Below are positions 6,328 through 13,374 of a stretch of DNA of 15,139 nucleotides, one piece after another. Numbering within the stretch: the first letter of the stretch is position 1; every line of letters starts with the position of its first letter. The notes below the pieces were generated by a model, which made no database searches, was not told the DNA's origin, and was given only the letters and a program-made list of their open reading frames with translations. The DNA is taken from assembly GCA_037446135.1 (NCBI GenBank), contig JBBIJD010000029.1, forward strand, positions 1-15,139. Reading direction: 5' to 3'. This DNA is from Candidatus Fraserbacteria bacterium. Lineage in GTDB: Bacteria > Bipolaricaulota > Bipolaricaulia > RBG-16-55-9 > JANLFV01. A program made the position numbers and the translations under genes.

Positions 6328-9146
6328 ACCGTTACGACTTCAAGAGGATCGAGAAGAAGTGGCGGAACTTCTGGGAGGAACGGGGCTTCTTCAAGGCCGA
6401 TATCGAGGATGTCGAGCACAAGCTCTACTACCTGAACATGTTTCCTTACCCCTCAGGGGAGATGCATGTCGGCCACGGGCGGAACTACATCATCGGGGAC
6501 TGCCTCACCAGGTTCTACTTGATGAACGGCTACAATGTCCTCAACCCGATGGGCTGGGACGCCTTCGGCCTCCCGGCGGAGAACGCCGCGATCAAGCATA
6601 AGGCCCACCCCAAGAAGTGGACCTATGATGCGATCGCCCGCTACAAGGAGCAGTTCCGAGATATGGGGGTCCAGTTCGATTGGGATCGCGAGGTCACGAC
6701 CTGCGAGCCGGAATACTATAAATGGACCCAATGGCTCTTCCTCAAGCTCTACGAGAAGGGGCTGGCCTATCGTGCCGCGGCCCTCGTCAACTGGTGCCCC
6801 TCCTGCGCCACCTCTCTGGCGAATGAGCAGGTGGTCGGTGGGGCCTGTGAGCGGTGCGGGACGCCGGTGACGAAGAGGAACCTCACTCAATGGTTCTTCA
6901 AGATCACGGCCTATGCCGAGCGGCTCCTCCGGGACCTGGAATCACTGAAAGAATGGCCGGAACGGGTAAAGCTAATGCAGCGGAACTGGATCGGGAAGAG
7001 CGAAGGGGCCGAGGTTGAATTCAAGTTGGCTGACCGCGAGGGCTCTCTAAAGGTCTTCACTACTAGGCCCGATACCTTGTGGGGCGCGACCTTCATGGCC
7101 ATCGCACCGGAGCACCCGCTGGTCGAGCAGATCTTGAAAGAAGAGAGGGACGAGCGGCTCCAGGAGTTCGTGGAGCGGGTCATCCGAGTGAGCGAGATCG
7201 AGCGGGGCGCGGCCGAAGCGGAGAAGGAGGGCTACCTCACCGGCTGGTGGGCCATCAACCCTGTCAACGGCGAGAGGATCCCGATCTATGTGGCCAACTA
7301 TGTCCTGCTGGGCTACGGGACCGGGGCGATCATGGCCGTCCCGGCCCATGACGAGCGTGACTACCAGTTCGCCCTGAAATATGGCCTCCCAGTCATCCCC
7401 GTGATCAAGCGACCTGATGGACTGGCTAAGAGCTTCGTCCTCCCCGGCTCGGTCCGAAAAGGCTTCGCTGAGGCGCTCCGGAAGGCAGGGATCGAGTTCA
7501 CCACCAGGCCGGATCGTGAAGGGGGCGAGGCGCTCTATGTCACCCTAAAGGGCGAGGCCCAGATCGACCGCTATATCGAACTGGTGAAGGCTTATCTCCT
7601 CCCGGGCAACTGGAACGAGGTCGTCGGGGCCCGCTTCGCCTTCATCTTCCCCGAGGGAGTCATGGAGCTCGATTCCGTAGCGGCCGACCGGGAGATCTTA
7701 GCCCGGTGCAAGGAGCTCGAGCCAAGAGTCCGCGATAAGCGGACGGTCATGGAGATCCTCTGGGAGGTCGAGTTCTACCGCGATCTCCTCTTCCATGCCG
7801 AGTATGGGGAGATGATCAACTCCGGCGAGCTATCCGGGACTCCGGGCGAGGCGGCCATAAAGCGGACGATCGCCTGGCTCGAGGGACACGGCTGTGGGAA
7901 GGCCGCGGTCAACTACCGCCTCCGGGACTGGCTGATCTCCCGCCAGCGCTATTGGGGCGCACCGATCCCGATCATCTACTGCGAGAAGTGTGGGATCGTC
8001 CCCGTCCCGGAAGAGGACCTCCCGGTCCTCCTCCCCGATGTCGAGGTGGTGACGAAGGAGGGGCTGGCAGGGATCCCCGAATTCGTCCAGACCACCTGCC
8101 CGAAGTGCCGAGGCCCGGCCCAGCGGGAGACCGATACCATGGACACCTTCGTCGACTCGAGCTGGTATTACCTCCGCTATATCTCGCCACACGACCAGGA
8201 GAAGCCGTTCGATTCGAGGCTGGTGAATAAGTGGCTCCCCGTCGATCAGTATGTCGGAGGGGTGGAGCACGCGATCTTGCACCTGATGTATTCAAGGTTC
8301 ATCACCAAAGCCCTCAAGGACATGGGCTACCTTGACTTCGATGAGCCCTTCGCTAGGCTCTTCACTCAAGGGATGGTCTGCCTCGGAGGGCAGGCGATGT
8401 CCAAGTCGAAGGGGAATATCGTCTCGATCTCCGAGGTCGTCGAGGGATACGGAGCCGATACCCAGAGGGTCTACACCCTCTTCATGGGCCCGCCGGAGAA
8501 GGACATCGAGTGGAGCCCGACCGACATCTCCGGCTCATCCAGGTTCCTCAAGCGGGTCTGGCAACTGGTGAATGACCACTTGGAGGAGGTCCGCGGCGCT
8601 CCCGGGACAATTGACCCGGCAAGACTAGAAGGCTCTGATCGGGAGCTCTGGCGGGAGCTGAATCGGGTGATCAAGGCCGCGACCGAGGACATCCGCTCCT
8701 TCCACTTCAATACCGCCGTGAGTGCGCTCATGGAGCTCGTCAATGGGCTCTATGACTACATTGCCGAGGCCGGAGCTGGAGCAGGGAGGATCAACATCCC
8801 GCTGCTCAAGCGAGCCCTCGAGGACCTGGTCCTTCTCCTCTCGCCCTTCGCCCCCTTCATCTGCGAGGAGCTCTGGGAGCGGCTCGGCCACCGCGAGGCG
8901 GTCTTAGAGAACCGCTGGCCGAGCTACGATGAGCGAGCCCTGGCAGTCGAGGAGCGGGAAATTGTCGTCCAAGTCAATGGGAAGGTCCGGGGGCGGCTGA
9001 CCATCCCGGTCGAGCTGGCCCAAGACCAGGAAGAATTGAAGCGCCGGGCCCTCGAGCTCGGGCCGATCAAGCGCCAGCTCGACGATCACAGGTTAGAGAA
9101 GGTGATCGTGGTCCCGGGGAAGTTGATCAACCTGGTAGTGAAGTGA
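6321..9146 (+). CDS. leuS: Leucine--tRNA ligase (bacterial type) with an extra inserted domain
   Basis: MFPYPSG..HVGH (HIGH motif), [14 protein letters not shown], Zn-knuckle CPSC/CERC, CP1 motifs FTTRPDT and [59 protein letters not shown] (KMSKS) and C-terminal VQVNGKVR. Start overlaps the PGM end by 7 nt. Confidence 0.98.
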   Translation: MVDRYDFKRIEKKWRNFWEERGFFKADIEDVEHKLYYLNMFPYPSGEMHVGHGRNYIIGDCLTRFYLMNGYNVLNPMGWDAFGLPAENAAIKHKAHPKKWTYDAIARYKEQFRDMGVQFDWDREVTTCEPEYYKWTQWLFLKLYEKGLAYRAAALVNWCPSCATSLANEQVVGGACERCGTPVTKRNLTQWFFKITAYAERLLRDLESLKEWPERVKLMQRNWIGKSEGAEVEFKLADREGSLKVFTTRPDTLWGATFMAIAPEHPLVEQILKEERDERLQEFVERVIRVSEIERGAAEAEKEGYLTGWWAINPVNGERIPIYVANYVLLGYGTGAIMAVPAHDERDYQFALKYGLPVIPVIKRPDGLAKSFVLPGSVRKGFAEALRKAGIEFTTRPDREGGEALYVTLKGEAQIDRYIELVKAYLLPGNWNEVVGARFAFIFPEGVMELDSVAADREILARCKELEPRVRDKRTVMEILWEVEFYRDLLFHAEYGEMINSGELSGTPGEAAIKRTIAWLEGHGCGKAAVNYRLRDWLISRQRYWGAPIPIIYCEKCGIVPVPEEDLPVLLPDVEVVTKEGLAGIPEFVQTTCPKCRGPAQRETDTMDTFVDSSWYYLRYISPHDQEKPFDSRLVNKWLPVDQYVGGVEHAILHLMYSRFITKALKDMGYLDFDEPFARLFTQGMVCLGGQAMSKSKGNIVSISEVVEGYGADTQRVYTLFMGPPEKDIEWSPTDISGSSRFLKRVWQLVNDHLEEVRGAPGTIDPARLEGSDRELWRELNRVIKAATEDIRSFHFNTAVSALMELVNGLYDYIAEAGAGAGRINIPLLKRALEDLVLLLSPFAPFICEELWERLGHREAVLENRWPSYDERALAVEEREIVVQVNGKVRGRLTIPVELAQDQEELKRRALELGPIKRQLDDHRLEKVIVVPGKLINLVVK

Positions 9147-9151
9147 GCAAG

Positions 9152-9186
9152 ACCCAGACTCGAGCCGAGTTGCCGGCTCGCAGGGT
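9152..9186. terminator. Hairpin between convergent leuS and vWA genes (possible terminator)
   Basis: CGAGCCG (9161-9167) / CGGCTCG (9174-9180), extendable by ACCC/GGGT. No strong U-tract on either strand. Confidence 0.45.
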
Positions 9187-9194
9187 ATTCCATC

Positions 9195-10295
9195 TCAATC
9201 CCCCGGACAGACGAGCTTGAAGACCTGCCTTGCGGGAGCGATCAGCCGTCGTGAGAGCTCGTCATAGACCCCGAGGAGGTCCGCGGCCGTGGGGGCGAGG
9301 TAGAACCGGCCGCCGGTCGTCCCAGCCATGTCCTGGAGCTTTAGGCTGGAGGGGTCCTTCCCCAGCCCGATCGCGTAGATCTTGATCCCCTTAGCGTTCG
9401 CTCGGGCCACGGGCGAGCCCTTCTCCCCAGAGAAGATGTAGGCCCCATCCCCGTCGGTGAGGAAGATGATCACCTTCTGGGCCTCTTCTCGGCCATTCTG
9501 GAGCAATTCCGCGATCGCCGCGCTCAGGCCGGCGGTCAGGTTGGTAGCCCCGTTCGCATCGATCTGGTCGAGCCTCTTTTCCACCAAGGCCAGGTCGCTC
9601 GTCAGCGGCTGGACGAAGTCAAGATCGTTATCCCAACTCACGAGCCCGACCCGGTCCCGGGCCGGATCGAGCCCCGCGATCAGCCTCTTCGCTGTGGTGA
9701 TCCGGAGCCCGCCGGGGTCGTTCACTTTCATGCTCCCGGAGCTATCGATCGCCAGGACCAGGTCGACCGGGAGTCGCTCGACCTCTTCCGGGCGCTCCTC
9801 GAGGACGACCGTCATCCCGCTGAGGCACTCCCAGATCTTGGCACTCCGGGCCTCGAGCCCCTCCAGCCTGGCCTCTAGGGCCCGGATCGCCGCCTCGACC
9901 ACCGCCAGGCCGTGAGCCGGATCGTGCAATTCGGCCTCGAGTGCACTTAATTTTTGCTCGAGCGGGCTAAGGTCGACGAGCTCGAGGCTCTCGAGGTCCG
10001 CGAGGAGGGAGATAAGCCGCTCCTCCAGCTTAGTGATCGAGGCGGAGGAGCCGTCGAGCTTCACCTGGAGCTCGCCGATCACGCCCTCGCTCCGCTCAAC
10101 CCGCCCGGAGAGCTTATCCACGACCTCCTTGAGGCTAGTGAGGGAATTATAGAGCCTCCGGAACTCCACCAACTGGGAGTCGGAGAGCCGGCCCAGATCG
10201 CTCCGCGAGGGGCTGAGTGCGACCTTGTAGAGGATGAAGAGCAGCACCACCCCGAGCAGCGCTACCAACGCCAGGAAGATCCGATTCCTGCCCAT
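9195..10295 (-). CDS. Membrane-anchored coiled-coil + von Willebrand factor A (vWA) domain protein
   Basis: N-terminal TM helix (IFLALVALLGVVLLFILY), ~110 aa of Leu heptad repeats, then a vWA domain with an intact MIDAS motif DSSGS (9732-9746), GATNL and FLTDG, plus IYAIGLG and TGGRFY. SD AAGGAGG upstream. Confidence 0.9.
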   Translation of the reverse strand: MGRNRIFLALVALLGVVLLFILYKVALSPSRSDLGRLSDSQLVEFRRLYNSLTSLKEVVDKLSGRVERSEGVIGELQVKLDGSSASITKLEERLISLLADLESLELVDLSPLEQKLSALEAELHDPAHGLAVVEAAIRALEARLEGLEARSAKIWECLSGMTVVLEERPEEVERLPVDLVLAIDSSGSMKVNDPGGLRITTAKRLIAGLDPARDRVGLVSWDNDLDFVQPLTSDLALVEKRLDQIDANGATNLTAGLSAAIAELLQNGREEAQKVIIFLTDGDGAYIFSGEKGSPVARANAKGIKIYAIGLGKDPSSLKLQDMAGTTGGRFYLAPTAADLLGVYDELSRRLIAPARQVFKLVCPGD

Positions 10296-10321
10296 CTCTC
10301 TTTCTCCCTCCTTGGGCCTTT

Positions 10322-10350
10322 ATCCTAGCATATCGCCCGAGGGAGGACAA
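10322..10350 (-). promoter_or_regulatory. Probable promoter of the vWA gene
   Basis: Minus strand TTGTCC - 17 bp - TAGGAT with an extended TG (TGcTAGGAT). Confidence 0.5.
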
Positions 10351-10430
10351 AACCTCCCCTCCTTCCCCCGCCGGGGTGACGGACTTCTTCCAGCCGAACT
10401 GCTCTAGTCCCCCGCCCGAGGCGAGCTGAA

Positions 10431-10439
10431 TGGTAGATT
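10431..10439 (+). promoter_or_regulatory. Possible extended -10 promoter of the 10459 ORF
   Basis: TGgTAGATT about 20 nt upstream of the ATG, followed by SD-like AGGTGA. No recognisable -35. Confidence 0.35.
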
Positions 10440-10458
10440 CTCCTCGGTAGGTGAGACT

Positions 10459-11133
10459 ATGCGCCACGGGCTAGTGAGGTGGGGATTACTGGTCGTGCTC
10501 GCGTTCGCCGCGATCGTCACCCCTGCTGGGTTGATCTCCCTCAGCCTTAGCACGGCCCGGGACCTCGGAAGCGGGAGCGGCGGCCGCCCCGCCCCGACGG
10601 CCAAGACAGGAGGGCTAGGAGGGCCTGAGCCGGCCTCAAAGGTCATCGAGTCTCCGCCAGAGCCAGAACCGGAGGGAGAGGCCGCGCTCGCTCTCCCCGC
10701 CTCGGCGGGCTCGAGCGAGCTTGGGCTTGAGCCCGAGCCTGAGAGCCCGCCCTCCGAGGGGGATGAGAGGCCCTTCTATGTGCCGGGGAGGATCGTGACC
10801 CTCTGGCCCGATGCCTCCTTCGAGGTCGCGCCGGACGGGAGGATCAAGTTCACGGCGATCTTGGTCAATGAGAGCAAGGAGGGCCTGAAGCTGACGGGGG
10901 AATTGATCTTGGTCAAGGGCGATGGCACGAAGGAGATCCTGCTCGCGCCCCACCCACTCCGCCTGAAGGCCGGCCAGCGGCTCCAGTTGCCCGTCGAATT
11001 GGCCGTCCGGGCCTGGGGCCTCTCCCCAGGAGAGGTCGAGTTCCTGGCGATCCTCCGGGACCTGCAAGGGACGATTATCGATCAGGCCTCAGTCAGCTTC
11101 AAGATCACCGTGGCTTTAGAGCGAGAGCGCTGA
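10459..11133 (+). CDS. Membrane-anchored/secreted hypothetical protein with Pro/Glu-rich linker and C-terminal beta-sandwich (Ig-like) domain
   Basis: Hydrophobic N-terminus (WGLLVVLAFAAIVTPAGLISL), low-complexity ESPPEPEPE linker, and ~115-aa C-terminus with alternating beta-strand pattern (IKFTAILVN, LKAGQRLQLPV, PGEVEFLAILRD, QASVSFKI). The fold assignment is inference. Confidence 0.75.
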   Translation: MRHGLVRWGLLVVLAFAAIVTPAGLISLSLSTARDLGSGSGGRPAPTAKTGGLGGPEPASKVIESPPEPEPEGEAALALPASAGSSELGLEPEPESPPSEGDERPFYVPGRIVTLWPDASFEVAPDGRIKFTAILVNESKEGLKLTGELILVKGDGTKEILLAPHPLRLKAGQRLQLPVELAVRAWGLSPGEVEFLAILRDLQGTIIDQASVSFKITVALERER

Positions 11134-11139
11134 GCCAAA

Positions 11140-11694
11140 CTAAGCCAGGTGCTCGAGCAGGATCTTCAGGCCGATCCCGATCAGGATGAGCCCACCGAGG
11201 AGCTCGGCCTTCCGCTGGAAGCCGAAGAGCCGCCCGAGCCTATGCCCGAGGAAGACCCCCAGAAATGCTAAAAGGAAGGTCACGCTCCCGATCACGATCA
11301 CGGGTGTGACGATGGGGATTCCGAGGAGGGCGAAGCTGAGCCCGATGGCCAGGGCGTCGATGCTCGTGGCGATCGAGAGGCCCAGCAGGGTATAGAGGTT
11401 GAGCGGGTCCGTTGCCCTCCGGGGCGTGGCCCGGAGCGCCTCATAGATCATCTTGCAGCCGATGAAGCCCAAGAGCCCGAAGGCCACCCAGTGGTCAAAA
11501 CCCGAGATGAACTCCTCGAGGCCGAGCCCGGCCAGCCAGCCGCAAAGCGGCATGAGGGCCTGAAACCCCCCGAAGAAGAGAGCGACCTTCAAGGCCGCTT
11601 TAAACCGGAGCTGCTCGAGCGCCAGCCCGCTCGTCACGGCCACCGCAAAGGCATCCATCGCCAAGCCAAGGGCGATGAACAAGACGACGAGCAT
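11140..11694 (-). CDS. mntP: Manganese efflux pump MntP
   Basis: Two repeats of the family motif (ALGLAMDAFAVA and IATSIDALAIG), FGGFQALMP, DHWVAFGLL and AELLGGLILIGIGLKIL; 184 aa, multi-TM. Confidence 0.95.
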   Translation of the reverse strand: MLVVLFIALGLAMDAFAVAVTSGLALEQLRFKAALKVALFFGGFQALMPLCGWLAGLGLEEFISGFDHWVAFGLLGFIGCKMIYEALRATPRRATDPLNLYTLLGLSIATSIDALAIGLSFALLGIPIVTPVIVIGSVTFLLAFLGVFLGHRLGRLFGFQRKAELLGGLILIGIGLKILLEHLA

Positions 11695-11729
11695 CTCCTC
11701 TCCTTCTCCCCTCCCTAGGCTTCTGGCCG

Positions 11730-11759
11730 ATCCTACACTTCACTGCCGGGCGGGCGCAA
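11730..11759 (-). promoter_or_regulatory. Possible mntP promoter
   Basis: Minus strand TTGCGC - 18 bp - TAGGAT, about 35 nt upstream of the ATG. Confidence 0.4.
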
Positions 11760-11768
11760 CTCGGGCCC

Positions 11769-11796
11769 TTCCCGCCAAGGACGATCTATCTATAAT
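11769..11796 (+). promoter_or_regulatory. Probable comEC promoter
   Basis: Consensus TATAAT at 11791-11796 with TTCCCG 16 bp upstream, and a purine-rich SD before ATG 11818. Confidence 0.55.
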
Positions 11797-11817
11797 CTAG
11801 GCGGAGGGAGAGGGGAG

Positions 11818-13374
11818 ATGCGCTGCCCCTTGCTTATCACGGCCCTGGCCCTCAGCACGGGGATCGCATTAGGACGGCATTGGTCCCCGAATCTTGCCTT
11901 GCTCTTTGGCCTGGCTGGAGCGCTCCTCATCCTCGCCCTCGCTCTTCACCGCCCCCGCCCGGCCGTAAGCCAAATGGCGTTCCTCGCCACGACCGTCATG
12001 CTCGGGGCGATCCTCTATCATGGCTCCCGGCTACCCGCCGAGGCCCTCTACCTCCAGAGCCAGGGATGGGAATTCATCCAGGGCGTGGTGGCCGACTATC
12101 CTGCCCAAGGGCCGGAGCGGACCGCTTTCGTCCTCGAGCCTCGCGATAGCACCGGCTCTCTCCAGGTCTTCTACTTCCATAAAGGAGACAAGGAACCACT
12201 CCAGATCACCTATGGCGATGAGCTCCGGCTCTACGCCGAGGTCGAGTGGCCTAAAGAAAAGATCGATGGCTTCAACTATCGTGAGTATCTCCTGCAGCGG
12301 GGGATCTGGGGGACGGTCTCAGTCTGGTCGAGGCGCGACATCAAGCTCGTCGCGCGTGGGAAGGGGAACCCCGTTCTCGAGTTCGGCTATCGCATGCGGG
12401 AGAGGCTCTTTCAGTTCATCGACCGCCAGATCCCTCGCTACTCTGGCCTCATGAAGGCCCTCCTCTTCGGGGAGCGGGGCTACCTGAAGGAGGAGATCGA
12501 GGCCCAATTCCGTGACGCCGGGGTAGCCCATGTCCTGGCCGTCTCCGGGCTCCACCTGGGGATCATCCTCGGATTGTTCTTGCTGATCCTGCGAAGTGCG
12601 ACTTACGTCATGTCCCACCGGCTTCACCTCGTAAGTCGCACTTCCGCCGGGATGAGATACGCGGCCCTCATCCCCGTTGTGGCCTTCTATCTTTTGCTCG
12701 TCGGCTTCCGGGTGAGCCTCCTCCGGGCCGCGCTCATGTTCGCCTTCCTCGGGCTGGGCGTGGTCCTGGCCGAGCGGGGGCTGATCCTCCGAAAGTGGGT
12801 TGACCCTTACCAGAGCCTGAGCGCCGCGGCCTTAGCGATCCTGGGCTGGGAGCCGCAGGCCCTCTTCGATGTGAGCTTCCAGTTGAGCTTCTCCGCTACG
12901 CTGGGGATCATCTTCTTCCTCCCAGGGCTGGAAGGCTTAAAGCCTTTCAGCTTGATCCGCCCACGCTGGCTTCGGGGATTGATCACCATCTCATTGGGAG
13001 CGCAGCTCGGGGTCATCCCTTTCGTCGCTTGGCACTTCCGGCGCTTCTATCTCTTAGTGGTCCTGGCGAATCTAGCGGTGATCCCGCTGGTGACGCTCGC
13101 CCTCTGGGGCGGGGTCGGGTTCCTCCTCCTCGGGCTGGCCTTGCCGCCCCTGGCAGCTTACCTCGGCAGAGCCGAGGGCTGGCTTCTGGAGGCCCTAGAT
13201 CGGGTCACGGCCTCCCTCGCCGGCTTCCGGTTCTCTTACCTCGAGCTTAAAGGGGCGGCCTTTTGGCTCTGCCTCGGGCTCTACCTAGCCTTTCTGGTGG
13301 GGGCCCTGGCCCTCGCTCACCACTTTTTTAGAGCTCAGCCCGGGCGGCCACCTTCTCCTGAAGAAGGGCGATGA
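11818..13374 (+). CDS. comEC: ComEC/Rec2 family DNA-uptake channel (DUF4131/OB + Competence domain; no C-terminal metallo-beta-lactamase domain)
   Basis: N-terminal TMs, OB region with YGDEL and GFNYREYL, Competence-domain motifs ALLFGER, GVAHVLAVSGLHLG, SLLRAALM, SFQLSFSAT and LANLAVIP. The ORF ends after the TM region with no HxHxDH motif. Confidence 0.92.
   Translation: MRCPLLITALALSTGIALGRHWSPNLALLFGLAGALLILALALHRPRPAVSQMAFLATTVMLGAILYHGSRLPAEALYLQSQGWEFIQGVVADYPAQGPERTAFVLEPRDSTGSLQVFYFHKGDKEPLQITYGDELRLYAEVEWPKEKIDGFNYREYLLQRGIWGTVSVWSRRDIKLVARGKGNPVLEFGYRMRERLFQFIDRQIPRYSGLMKALLFGERGYLKEEIEAQFRDAGVAHVLAVSGLHLGIILGLFLLILRSATYVMSHRLHLVSRTSAGMRYAALIPVVAFYLLLVGFRVSLLRAALMFAFLGLGVVLAERGLILRKWVDPYQSLSAAALAILGWEPQALFDVSFQLSFSATLGIIFFLPGLEGLKPFSLIRPRWLRGLITISLGAQLGVIPFVAWHFRRFYLLVVLANLAVIPLVTLALWGGVGFLLLGLALPPLAAYLGRAEGWLLEALDRVTASLAGFRFSYLELKGAAFWLCLGLYLAFLVGALALAHHFFRAQPGRPPSPEEGR
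12593..12644. repeat. Perfect 15-bp inverted repeat with 22-nt spacer inside the comEC coding sequence
   Basis: GAAGTGCGACTTACG (12593-12607) ... CGTAAGTCGCACTTC (12630-12644). Confidence 0.9.

Noticed and set aside
7410..7790. LeuRS insert as an intein or mobile intron
   Set aside because: No N-terminal Cys/Ser block, no C-terminal His-Asn followed by Cys/Ser/Thr, no LAGLIDADG motif, and the frame is continuous.
11695..11817. yybP-ykoY Mn riboswitch upstream of mntP
   Set aside because: The gap is only 123 nt and is shared with the comEC promoter. The candidate mntP promoter leaves a ~30-nt leader, and I saw no riboswitch-like multi-stem structure. An Rfam scan would confirm.
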